The notes under the pieces are model-generated. The model saw nothing but the letters and a program-made list of their open reading frames with translations. It did no database searches and was not told where the DNA came from. The position numbers and the translations under genes are program-made. A DNA stretch of 64,000 nt, taken from assembly GCF_006345805.1 (NCBI RefSeq), contig NC_042998.1:58218001-58282000 (forward strand). The letters are read 5' to 3'. This document shows, in pieces, positions 13,416 through 26,194 of the stretch. This DNA comes from Octopus sinensis. Lineage: Eukaryota. Numbering within the stretch: position 1 is the first letter of the stretch; each line of letters begins with the position of its first letter.

Positions 13416-13451
13416 CTTTCTGTAGAAGAGTGTAGGCTCGAAACGTAAAAG
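13416..13451 (+). ncRNA. Variant minimal type I hammerhead-like motif (core CUGUAGA)
   Basis: CTTT-CTGTAGA-A-GAGT GTAG GCTC-GAAAC-GTA-AAAG. Stems I and II pair and helix III is the palindrome ACGU, but A6 is U. Confidence 0.45.
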
Positions 13452-13561
13452 ACTTTTTTCTATTCCTGAGCGTTATGCTAATATATCTGTTTGTTTTGTA
13501 CACCCCCTGTCTTCGTCTTTTGTTTTTTTCGTAAACTCTCTCTCTCTCTCTCTCTCTCTCA

Positions 13562-13632
<71 letters not shown>

Positions 13633-13645
13633 GATATATATTATA

Positions 13646-13678
<33 letters not shown>

Positions 13679-14574
13679 AATATTAGGAATATGTAAAGAA
13701 GACATGAAACGATCGTAGTGGATATTAATTATTGTTAAATTACTAAATAATATAAATTAATTTATGTATTGGATTAAGTCTTTCTTTGTTTGATTTACAT
13801 AATAGTGGTTTGTCTCTAATTTATATAATATATATATATATATATGTATGTATGTATATATGTATACATATATACTTGTAAATATACGTACGTATATATA
13901 TGTAGGTATATGTGTGGTTTATAGGTGTGTGTGTGTTTCAACAAGTAATCCTGGACATTTACTAGCCATGCTGAACTTAATGAATATTGTCTTGAATTCT
14001 TCTGTTTGTAATCCTTTAAGCAAAGAAATATCGCTAAAACCTTTTAAATGTCATTCTAAACTAAATGTATTTTCCCTTCAGAAATTCCAAAGCAAGAGGG
14101 TCTTTCTTTAACATGTTTAATTTGATTTTATTTCCTTCCTAATCCTTCCCGATATTTCTCCCCACTTTCGTTACTGTAATTCTCCTAGTTCCTCAGGCTC
14201 CAACATTATCTAATTTATTTATCACTCTGTACCCCACTCTCTGTTGACATACACATACATACATACATACACACATATATCTATAATATATATTATATAT
14301 ATATATATATATTATATATATACTCATGTTTGTTTGTGTGTGTATTCTCTTTCTTTCTCACTTAGATGAACCAACATTGACATACTCGTTTCTCCATCTC
14401 GTACAGCTTTTATAAAGAAGTGATTTCAAATTTAACAGCCACGTCTGTCTTAATTGAAAATTATTGCGTTTTATTCAGTTTTCGTTCATTTACTTTTACG
14501 CTGAAAGAAAGGTCGCAGCAACTTCGGAAATGTCGTGATGTCCTTTATTTTACTCTCCTCCGAGACCTGCATTC

Positions 14575-14647
<73 letters not shown>

Positions 14648-14715
14648 GTTGTCTGTTGTTTGTTGTTGTTGTTGTTGTTGTTGTTATGTTGTTATATTAT
14701 ATTTTATTATTAATT

Positions 14716-14751
<36 letters not shown>

Positions 14752-16028
14752 GAGAAATGCTTAATATCTGAATATAGAAATCCTTCATTTCTCTGATGTA
14801 TTGCGCAATTTATATTCATTTTATCTTTACTGAAATATTACCTCGATTTCACCTTAGACTCTCTTCCAACCCATTTCCTAATTCTTTCTTTGTCCAGTAT
14901 TATTTTCTCTTTGATGAAATACTGTCTTGATCTTTCTACATTTCTCTTCTATAATTTTCTCTTAATTTTTTTTTTTTTCATATTTCATTTGTGTATTATA
15001 TTATAATTCTCCTGATGGCGTAACATTAGCACCTTTTACACTGAAATCCACGTACAGATAAAATGCAGCTTCGAAAGCCGTAACGAATGAAGCACATCTA
15101 GAAGATTGATTAATCCGTTCCATTACTCTCATTCCATTACTGTTTACTTTTTACAACCATCAACGTATTAAAACAGGATTAACGCGCCACGGGTTTAACA
15201 TGACCACCTCTTGCCTCTGTGTAATTTTTTAAGCGAGATATCCGGTTTGGATACAAATTCTGATGCAATGTTTCTCATCTATTTCATCTCAAAAGCTGTA
15301 CAATTAACTGTTTAATGTTTCCCAAAAGTGATCCAACACGAAATAGGTCTGAAATGCCGAACCTATTTCCTCCACTTGCTACAAATAGAAAGCAATTTTC
15401 CTTCAAATAATGCCTTCTCACCTTAGAAATAGACACATCTGATAGTGTTGTTCAAAAGCTAGAACGGGATTTCATGGCTAGAGAGTCTGTAATCATGTCT
15501 ACTCTACTGAATTTGAGTAAAAGAGTAAGAACGGGGGGAATTCCACTTCTTAACACCTCAAGAGGTGGTCTATTAACCAGGCGCACAAGCGTATGCCTTG
15601 TTCACACTTTTTTTGTGATCTGAGCCCCTATTTAAAAACAGGAATTTTTTCAAGGTCCATCTAAGGCTACTGACTTCTGACTAGGGATTGACACAATGAT
15701 TGGTGGCAACCCATTAGACTTCTTCCTCTTTCACTCAACATTCTCCCTCTAAATATGTGCTTCAGTGACTATGAATATAGTTCAATCAGTACTGTCTCTT
15801 TAAATTCTGATTGAGAAATATCTATTTACACGCGCGCACACACACACACACATACGTGTGTGTGTGTGTGTCCGGTATAGATCTGGGGGAAGCCAGTACA
15901 CAGATATGTAGAATGCACACAGTATCTCGATAGTGAGAAGTCCGGCGAAGGATTAGTCCGCTTCTCGGGTTCGGGTGATTCAGTTATTTCTTCCCTTCTA
16001 ATATAATGTTTTTGCTCTCATTTTTCAG

Positions 16029-16496
16029 CTGCAACAGATGGTTGTATGCGGCGAGCTTCCATGCACTAAAGATGAATCAGCAATATTCGCTGGTATTCAA
16101 CTTCACATTGAAGAAGCCTGGCCTGAGGAAAATACAAGTTCAGCATTGGACCCAAGTGGATTATACAATCATGTCTCATACAAAGTGCCTTGCAAACATC
16201 CAGCAAAAGCGACGACACCAGCAGCAGCAGCAGCTACTGTTATTTCCGATGATAGTGGACACCACACTGTTCATACATCCGTGGACAAGGAACATCAGGA
16301 AAACCTGCGCAAGAAAAAAGAGTTGATACGTACGAATAAAACCAAGAAGGTGCCAAGCAATCGAAGACGCGGTCGGCTAGTCAAGCATCTGATGTGCTTC
16401 AGTGACTATGAATATAACTCAATCAGTGCTGTCTGTTTAGAAGATTATCTACCTCCAGAGTACACTACATCAAGGAAAATTCGAGAACTTATTCAG
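16029..16496 (+). CDS. Internal exon (156 codons, phase 0-0) encoding the central (F2/FERM_M) lobe of a FERM/band-4.1 domain protein with a long insert
   Basis: Acceptor TTTTTCAG at 16021-16028 and donor CAG|GTATTT at 16497. The translation LQQMVVCGELPCTKDESAIFAGIQLHIEE...CLEDYLPPEYTTSRKIRELIQ matches the F2 patterns (G.LPC..E.A..LA.LQ..IE; L..YLP..Y) of talin/kindlin/FRMD-type proteins. An alternative in-frame acceptor CAG is at 16035-16037. Orthologue not determined. Confidence 0.85.
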
Positions 16497-16597
16497 GTAT
16501 TTATAAACTTTCTTTAATTTTATAAGAACTTTTCAAAATTATTAGAAATATTGAATTTCTAAATGTCTCAACGAGACATGAGCGGTGGTGGAGCGAT

Positions 16598-16815
16598 AGA
16601 GTGGTTGTATAAAGTCAACATAACTGACAGCCCCGTAGAAGATAATACACCACCGCTATATAGCCCTAGGAAACATCGACGTTTCCTGTCGGCTTTTTTG
16701 ACACATAAAATATGTCAAAGCTGACAGGAAGCATCGATGCTTCCTAGGGCTATATAGCGGTGGTGCATTTCCCTCAACGTGGCTGTCAGTTATGTTGACT
16801 TTATACAACCACTCT
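16598..16815. mobile_element. Foldback element (~100-bp arms), short relative of 53113-53480
   Basis: Perfect 35-bp terminal inversion AGAGTGGTTGTATAAAGTCAACATAACTGACAGCC plus a perfect 25-bp inner block CACCACCGCTATATAGCCCTAGGAA. Confidence 0.9.
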
Positions 16816-19800
16816 TTTTCAAAATTACTTTTAGCTCAAATATCAAATATTCATTGCTCACTACGATTTTCATTCCTCATGAAGTCCTTTCAGAAGTTAG
16901 CAGTAAGACAACATCACCTATACAAGTGAATGTTTTAACAGCTTTTACATTATTTACGGCATATTGAATGGAATGTTTCTTTCCAACCACATTATTTATA
17001 TTTCAATAAGTAACATTTCAACTGCTAAATCCATATCTCTGCTAACATCTGAAAGTGACTAGTAAATATATCAACTACAAAACAGCCTTTCAGGAGTAAG
17101 ATTAATGTTCTTTTACCGCAATATACGAAGTAACATTCTTTATGGGCTTAGTGATAAAAAATATGAGATTGTAATTGGTTTAAAAGTCTTCCTTCTTCCT
17201 TGTTAGAAATTTGAAGATGTGGATGAAAACTTTGCTTAGTTTCTTAGATAAGTAGATAGGTAAGATACGTATAAACGTAACTAGAAAAGGAAGCTTTTTA
17301 AGTAGCTTTGATCATCAGTACTTGATCTAATCTTCAGTGTAGTGAAAACTTATGAAATGTTTATAATTCTTACATATCCTACAAAGAAAGTATGTTGATA
17401 TATATATATATCATCGTGAGTTTAGGCCAAACTTTATTATTTCCTTAATATTTCTGCAGTGGATATGCTGCTGTTATATTGGAGTAAGTATACCGCGATA
17501 TAAGATATGAAACGTGATCGTTATTTTAAAGATGATAAATGGTGTTTTCACTACTACGTGTAGTAAGTTGATTAATTACGTTAACACTCTTCCGTTAGTT
17601 CGTAATAGGCAGATAAACACGAGGCAAAGAACCCGGCGTACTGAGGATTTGCTAAAGTTGAATATCGCTTTATAAAATATATGCTATGCATTTAATTGAC
17701 TTCATAATACTAGATGAAAATATGGCAGGAAAATGCAAAACAGACATAAATAATTTAGAATCACATTCCTGGGAAACACTGAATCTACAAGTGCGGTAAG
17801 TAGATCTTGTTAGTAGAAACAAGTGGATAAAATTGCACCATGTCAGTTCTATCATTGATGCATTGCAGAAAAGTTGTATATACACTCCTACGTATTAGTG
17901 ATTAATTTCTGTACTGAGGCCAGATACGTAACACTCTTGTAAATAACCCTAGTTTGACTCTGTGTGTGTGTGTATTCAACCCAACATACGTTAGTGACTT
18001 TAAATAGATTGGAAACTACCCAGAAGCAGTCAGTTCTCCAATATATGGCAAATGTTATAGACATCGGAGTTTAGCATCAGTTTTATAAATGATCTACAGT
18101 GAATTGTTTGAAGACTTTGGCATCCAGTAGAAACCGGTTGATTTGTAAGATGAAATTATGCAAACACCAAATGTACTATTCTTGGCAATAACTTCCAGTT
18201 AAACATAAACGTAGAAAGAATTCGGCAGTTCAAATAATTTCGATCTGCTCTTAACATACTCACTGCATCTATTCGGAAACTTTGCATTTCAACTTAGAGC
18301 TAAGGAGACTGCATGTCTTCCGTCTTGCGTGAGGAATTAAAAGCACCCTGCCAACACTGTTCTTTGAATTTTACAAACATAAAAACTCAGGAATAAATAT
18401 TAAAGATAAGTGTTATTTTTTTTTTACTTATTCCCCTTAATTGTTCTTTTTTTGTTTTTCTTTCTTAAGCAATGTTGTGGATGGGTTGTGTGAGCAATTA
18501 ACTTCAGGATCTTGATAAAATAAATTCAAATACGTAAGAAGAGATGAGTGTTGGCATTTATGGCAACGTCATTCTTCTTAGAAGAAAAACAGTTAATATA
18601 AATCGAAACCTATCTTTACCTGAAACGTTAGATACTTGCTTCCTCTTCCGGTACATGAACAAATCTTTATTTATATATTTTTACGAACTAAAATTGAATG
18701 TTTTTTCTTCTGCCTTTGTTTCCGAAGCAGACCATCACGAATTTCAGCAGATACTAATTTTATTCTATGAACTCTCCATACTCGTAGAATACGTAATGTT
18801 AGCTTACCACTTAGAAAGTACTTTATGCTACGAAAACTTTTAGTCGTAAATTAATGCTATTTACTGACACTGGATGGAACACTTTCACAAGATAAGAACA
18901 TAACTTCGTGTAAAAAAACAGGATAAAAATTATTTATCGAGTCTCTAGCATATCCACTTATTGTTTATATTGCTGCAGTATATATTTTTGTGCCAAAATT
19001 TATGATTGTCACTAGTGTCTTTTTTGTAATTACTAAGTATTCAGTACATGCAACATGATACCATTACAAATATATTTTTTCAAGTATAATTAATGCTTAA
19101 TAGAAACTGGTAATGTAATATGTGTTTGTTGACCTTCATACTTAAATTTTGAATTTTTGTTCTATTTTTATTAATTTATGATTATATTTTGAAGCAAAAC
19201 TGAGCAAATATTATTTGCCGCATTTTCTGTATTTCTGTTACTTTTTCTTTACTCAGTGAAGGTTCTCTTTCGTTCTTTTTCTCACACTACCTGCATTGTT
19301 CTTTATTTGATAACCTCCCAATCAATATAGAACATTTTTCTATATATTGCTAATGTTATTTATCATTATATTTAACTTTTAATATAAGCGCATTTAAGAT
19401 AAGAATTTTCTCAGTGCCGTCATTATCTTCTGCCTTTCTGCTCATTGCAAATTTGGTCATAAACCGTATGTTTCATTTTCTGTTGTTTTTTTTTTCGTCT
19501 CATATCTTAAATGATGTCAGTTTTCTTCTTCCGTCTTATAAAATGCATTTATCTTCCAAATAAGTTCATTAAAACTGTAACTTATTACAGGTAATATCCA
19601 GGTGTTAATGCTATGAATTTGCTCCTCATAATATTCCTTTATCTCCTGAATACTTATCTAATGAGCTCTCAATATACTTAACTGATTTTTATCTTCGATT
19701 TTATTTATATCCGTATAGATTTATTTGCACGTATCCATTGACCCGTACATATTCTAATTCATTAATTTCTGTTTCCTTATCTAACCATTTATTTATGAGA

Positions 19801-20221
19801 CGTTAGTTAACAATATTCTATGGGCCGTTCTAAGTTTTATTCTAGTCATCTAATCTTGCATAGCTTTAAATCACTCAAATATGAAAGATGATTGATGGTC
19901 ATCTTTTAAAATTTAAATCCACAATTAGTTTGGTTTAGCATAGCAATCATGAATGACGGTGTCAAACGGAATAGGAATAGTAAATGAGAGACTGAGAGAG
20001 TGTAAAAGATAGTCTCTTTAAAATATTCTTCTCTTGGGAAATTTATTGAGTTTCATCATCATCGTCATCATTATCATTATCGTCATCATCAGTATAATCA
20101 TTATCATTTCCATTATCGCCATCATTACAAGAAGACGGTTACGCAGAATCGGGGATTCGTCATCATCACCAATATCATCACCATCGTCGTCGTCATGATG
20201 ATAATGACGATCATCATCATA

Positions 20222-20273
<52 letters not shown>

Positions 20274-20339
20274 TAATAATAATAATAATAATAATAATGA
20301 AATTATTGTATACTGTGCTCAGGTACACCACAACTTGTC

Positions 20340-20590
20340 AAAAAGTGCGTATAAAGTATATGCAGTAATGTACAAATGTCTGGAAAGCGAACAGTATATA
20401 TTTCTTTATTCAATACATATTTCGAGTCAGATACATGCTTGCGTGTGTATGGAGGGCAGAAAATTAGGTGTAGTGTTGGCGAATCTCAGGAAGCATGGAA
20501 GTTTTGAAGGATGCAGTGCTCCGACAACTAACAACTGATGCCGGCAGTCTGTTCCATGCTTCATTACGGGAAGGCGAATGCACAGAATCT
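20340..20590 (-). mobile_element. CR1/L2-type LINE 3' fragment
   Basis: The minus strand reads WNRLPASVVSCRSTASFKTSM, the conserved WN.LP..VV...S...FK end of CR1/L2 ORF2. Confidence 0.65.
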
Positions 20591-20890
20591 TTAGAGCACC
20601 AGAGGAAATGATTTGGGGGATTTGTTCAGACTATGTTCTGAGTCTAAATCCCACCAAGGTCTATTTCACACATCATGCTTTCGAGATTAATAACATGAAG
20701 TAGCACCAAAGTATTAGCTTCCATTACATCGCCCCACCACAGTAATACTCTCATTTCCAATTTGTTTACTTAGACCGATCATTCAGTGATCATCCCATAT
20801 CTTATATATTTCTATAGAAGTATCAGAGTTGCTTATTATTTCCAAGTAGGTCAATTACTCCATATCTCAGAAAGCAATACTGCTCCATGT

Positions 20891-21457
20891 CAAGGGTCGG
20901 GGATCCAAGGTGAATTATCCCAAGTGGAGTAAAAATGAAATTCGGAGGGGGGGGCCAATGAGGACCCATTAGACATAAGTAAATTTATATAAAATAATGG
21001 TTTCCTTCTTACGACAGAAAATTTTCTTCTGGCATGAGGAAGCAGCCAAAATGCTGTTACTTTTTGCAACAACCTACCTTTGCAAAGAAGGATTTAGCAT
21101 TGATGAACAAAGCAGAATAATCGATTGGACCCCGAAGATATATCCAAATTGCTCTCGTATCAAAATTCCCCAATTTTGATGTAATTTTAACAAAAATGAA
21201 ACACCAATATTTCTCCAAAACCTGAAGTGAAAAAGTTTCTAGAAAAATATTTTTGTTTCATAATGGAAATACTAATTTATTTTATCGCATCTGTTTTATA
21301 CTTTTTGTATTTATAATTGTATTCTCCTTATAAATAGATTCAATAAACCTCTTGAATTCAAACAATCTATGATTTTCTTCTTTTCAAATCAATGGCATAA
21401 CGTTGACGTAAATAAATATATTTTGGGGTAATTGATTAAAAAATTCCCCGACCCCTG
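20891..21457. mobile_element. Non-autonomous DNA transposon with hAT-like TIRs
   Basis: CAAGGGTCGGGGAT (20891-20904) versus TTCCCCGACCCCTG (21444-21457) is a 12/14 inverted match. No clean 8-bp TSD. Confidence 0.5.
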
Positions 21458-22382
21458 CTCACTTAACCGGTAGGGAACAGCAGTCAATTTTCTCACAAAT
21501 TGCACCTTAACGTCTTTACTAAGATAACTGCATTAAAGTAATCTGCTTCTAGAGGTCTTAAGAATGTCGGGATGGGCGTGGCTGGAAAACTTGGTTACAA
21601 AAACTATATTAACGTATGTAAGTGGATGTATGCATATATGTACATATAGGTGTATCTATACATCTTATATGCGTATATATGTGCAGCTAAGTGTGTGTAT
21701 ATGTGTATGTATGTATGTATGTATGTATGTATGTATGTATGTATGTATGTGTGTATGTATGTATGTATGTATGTATGTATGTATGTATGTATGTATGCAT
21801 GCATGCATGCATGCATGTTATTCAGTTTATTTCAAGATTTTCTGCCAATAGAGAAACAGCCAGTTTCTAATCTAGATACGAAGACCCTTCATTAGAATTT
21901 CACCAACATCAACAGGGTATTTCTGTATGTATGTGTGTGCAGTACTTAAAATCAGCGCATGTGCAGATTTGTAATGTATGTATGTATGTATGTATGTATG
22001 TATGTATGTATGTATGTTGTATGTATGTATGTATGTATGAATGTATGTATATTGGTAGGTAGGTAGGTAGGTAGGTAGGTAGGTAGGTAGGTAGGTAGGT
22101 AGGTAGGTATATGCGTGCGTGTGATTACGGTAGGGTCTCACATGTAATATAGCGAGTTTTAAAATTTCAATAGGATCATATTATCTAAACGATTAGTTTA
22201 CAAAAACTCCCTCTAGATGTATTTTTAAAATATACGATGGGTAAGTTGATCAGGACCATTAATTTGACAGTTTTGAGCAATACAAACAATATCAATTGGA
22301 GAGGTTTTGATCTTTAAAGCCATCTTGTGAAAGCAGATGATAACCTGTAGCAAGCAAAAGAAATCATCAAACTTATCTTCAC

Positions 22383-22600
22383 TTATTACCTCCGCCTTAG
22401 CGAAGGCGGAGGTATTGTTTTCAGTCGTGTTTGTTTGTTTGTTTGTTTGTCCGTAGACAAGATATCTCAAAAACCGCTAGTTGAATTCGGATGAAACTTT
22501 CAGGGATGTTTGGCCTTATGACTGGCACGAACTGATTAGATTTTGAAATCGATCCGGTACCGGACAAGGATTCTGGATTATTTCTTATATTTTTTTACGT
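22383..22600 (+). mobile_element. Helentron/DINE-1-like non-autonomous element fragment
   Basis: Perfect 12-bp stem TACCTCCGCCTT-agcg-AAGGCGGAGGTA at 22387-22414, then a (GTTT)n tract and GATATCTCAAAAACC..ATGAAACTTT, an architecture recalled for HINE-type elements. Confidence 0.5.
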
Positions 22601-22916
22601 TACATGTATAGGTAAAGTTTCACATAGTTCTCTTGTACACGCACACACATACACACATATGCTCAAGCATTTTAAGCGTTGAACACTACCATCCCATTTC
22701 CATTGTACACACGCACATACGCGCACACACACACACGCAAACATACCTCTATTTTACACACACATATTATACTCACACTTCAAACGCCGGTTATCGGCTT
22801 TTTCACTCTTTCCTTTGTTATGCATCTATCTCCCCTTCCTTTCTCATTCATACGACACTCTCTTTACCATTTATTTCCTCTACATTCATATCTCACGCCA
22901 GCTCTCTCTCTCTCTC

Positions 22917-22947
<31 letters not shown>

Positions 22948-23436
22948 GAATAAAAATTTATATATAAAGAACGTGAAATACACAAAGGGACGAACACGGA
23001 AAACAGACAAGTCATTTGAAGCCTTCAATCTTCAGTCAGAAACCGAATCATCATGGCAAATTTCGGCTGATTAATTCAGATATTTGCTCCAACTCGGCCA
23101 TCCCCAAGGAAAAAACTAAGCTGTGAGCATTAGATTTCTTGGTAGAAGGAAAGAATGTAAACTCAACAGAGACGAATATAAATACAAGAAACAGAACAAA
23201 ATTGAAAACAATAATGGTTAAAAACAGGATAACAGCGGGTGTCTTACGACTTTAGACAAAATGAGACAAAAACAACTTATCAGCAGGCGTGGAAACAATT
23301 ACCTTTTCGGCAGAGGGGACACGATGTTAACGAGCCGCGATCACCAACGGAATGGCTTGTGAAGCAGCAGGTTGCAAGACGATAAGAGAGAGAGAAAGAG
23401 AGACAGAGAGAGAGGGAATTAAAGAGGGTGGAAGGC

Positions 23437-23504
<68 letters not shown>

Positions 23505-23996
23505 CATACATATATACGACGGGAAGTGGTTCTCAAGGCAACTATATATCCTTTTTCCAGTGACGAAAAGTCACTGATCTCGAAAAAGTGGACACAAGCA
23601 ATAATAAATCGCTGAGCAAGGTATAAACAGTAGCTGCATGACATCGTGAAGTATATTTGCCACTTAAATGTGGCTAACCCTTAAGGGTCGTTGCTACTGT
23701 ACCTTGTAGCCCCAGGAAGACATCTCCTCCAGCTGACTATTACAGAAATATATAAAAAGACAATGCTCATTAATATATTATAAGAGATTAATACATAATT
23801 CTATACATCGATCTAAAGCAACAGGATTACTAAAGGAAGACGGGAATTCAAGAGAAACCGTGTCAGGATATTCATTGAAGGATTTTATTTCAGGTATTCC
23901 CATTTTAAAAATCATCTCAGGCCAATCGTTGAGACGACGTTGGCGTTGCGTTGGCGGAGGTTTGTGCTCTCTGAGTGCACTTACTATTATTATTAA

Positions 23997-24358
23997 TAAG
24001 GCGGTGTGCTGGCAGAATTGTTAGCGCGCTGGACGAAATGCTTAGCGGTATTTCGCCCGTCGCTACGTTCTGAGTTCAAATTACGCCGAGGTCGACTTCT
24101 CCTTTCATCCTTTTGGAGACGATAATTTAAGTACCAGTTATGTACTGGATTCGATGTAATCAACGCGTGTGTGCTTGTGTGTGCGTGTTTGTCCCCCACA
24201 GCCACTTGACCACCGGTTTTGGTGTGTTTACGTCCCCATAACATAGCAGTTCGGCAAAAGAGACCGATAGAATAAATACCAAGCTTTACAAAATAAGTCC
24301 TGGCGTCAATTTGTTCGACTAAGGCTCTTCAAGGGTGTATCCCTAGCATGGCCGCAGA
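23997..24358 (+). mobile_element. Chimeric SINE: family A head/body joined to family B 3' half
   Basis: Matches family A to about 24167, then switches at a GT-rich tract to family B body and tail. Confidence 0.7.
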
Positions 24359-25030
24359 TAAAAAAAATATTTAAAAAATATTTTAATACAAGCAAAACGC
24401 ACAAAAATAAGAAATAATGCCAGGAAATAAAACAATGCAAAAGACTTATTCAATATTGGTAAGATACACGAAAATGAGTATGTCGGCTAATATTATAGCT
24501 AGGAAACATTGCTATATTTTTCGTATACTGACACACATACTTTACATAAAGAACGTACTTTACATAAATCTAAGATGCATATAGAACATTATACTTGATT
24601 TCCTTGTCAATGAAGTGTTGCAGGCGTATTCCAAAAATAGCAAAATTGGAAAGAAATGCTGATATTCTCACAATAGCTATAAATATTTCATAGCTGAAAC
24701 ACAGAACCTATCGGCGAGGCCTTATTAATAAGAAAAAGATGTTTGTTAATAAGCGGTGGCTTGCAGAGTCGTGATTTTAACGTATCGCATGTGTTGTGTG
24801 TAAAAGCAGCGTAGTTGTTGGTAAGAGAAATCGTCTGCGATGGAGAGAAAGAGAAAAAAAGAGAGAGAGGGAGAGAGTGTGACAGAAAGCTCTTGAATAA
24901 AGGTAGTAAAACTTGCGTATCTATTTCATCGAAAGTATCTTCCATTAGATTTCAAGAGCTTAGCTACGCAGTTATAAATCCATGCACGCATGTACAAGAA
25001 ATACAGACCCAAAGAGACATATATACATGA

Positions 25031-25180
<150 letters not shown>

Positions 25181-25228
25181 GTGAATTGAAGAAATGGAGC
25201 TGAACGCAGATTGAACAGAAATCGTTTT

Positions 25229-25320
25229 ATTTCATTCTACACGTGTTTCGAAAGGCACAAATTACCAAAATCCGATTGAATAATGGGACCATATTGTGTC
25301 TTTCTCTTCAGGAAGAAAAT
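25229..25320 (-). ncRNA. Type I hammerhead ribozyme motif, full consensus core
   Basis: Minus strand: AUUUUCUUC-CUGAAGA-GAAAGACACAA...UUGUGCCUUUC-GAAA-C ACGU G-UA-GAAUGAAAU. Helix I pairs 8 of 9 and helix II 10 of 11. Helix III is the palindrome ACACGUGU and the cleavage triplet is GUA. Confidence 0.8.
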
Positions 25321-25682
25321 AGGAAATCCGTTGGAAAAACAAAAACAGAACAGAGGCGGAGCAAAAACAAATCGAACTATGCTCCTAAGAGCCCATGGCG
25401 AAACTGTTTATCAGTGTATGTTGAGAACCGGTGGCTTCTTCAATTCACCAATAATGTTTTAATTTCAATTATCCGCACCAACGCACGGTTGCAACACCAT
25501 ATGGTTGTACCTCCAACCGTGCTGTTTACTGCTGTGATTTTTGCTACTAAGGTATCGGTTAAACTTTTGATTAATCTACTACAAGATTATTCATCTTTCT
25601 ATTTCACATAATATATATATATATATATATATATACAAATAAAGATATATATATATATATATATAATATATATATATATATA

Positions 25683-25752
<70 letters not shown>

Positions 25753-26099
25753 CAAACACACACACAGATAAATAAGTAGACAGAAACATACATAATGATC
25801 ATTGCTTTGTCTTGTCAGATAATAATAGCTCCGTATGAAGCTTCAAAATATCATTAAATTGTAATGATATACAGCTGTACGACACTTACACCACAATCTA
25901 AGTAGCCATACTTAAATAGACAGTGACAAGCTAAAGTAAGATAACCGAAACTATTTCAAATGCAGCTTTCTCCTAAGGAAATATAAGGATGACTACAAGT
26001 CAATAACATTTTAAGTTCTTGAGTTTTCTATCCTCCAAGCGTGTTTACTGCACACATCCGCATACCAGGTTTGTTCAATGTCCCATGCTCTATATACAC

Positions 26100-26116
26100 A
26101 TATCATCATCATCACT

Positions 26117-26149
<33 letters not shown>

Positions 26150-26162
26150 TTCATCATCATCG

Positions 26163-26194
<32 letters not shown>

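Noticed and set aside
13685-13720. GAAAC-GAUC-GUA with an upstream 4-bp stem
   Set aside because: The CUGANGA and helix I partner are missing; at most a truncated remnant.
15427-15525. Open frame EIDTSDSVVQKLERDF...LLNLSKR followed by GTAAGA
   Set aside because: Start phase is incompatible with the candidate upstream exon and there is no FERM similarity; cannot be supported.
17714-17795. Open 82-nt segment ending at a GTAAGT donor
   Set aside because: Weak acceptor, phase mismatch with the phase-0 exon and no recognisable similarity.
20997-21179. 60-aa ORF as a possible next exon
   Set aside because: Lies inside a TIR-bounded element, with no convincing splice sites or FERM similarity.
23010-23045. 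Minus-strand CUGAAGA followed by a hairpin
   Set aside because: No GAAA follows.
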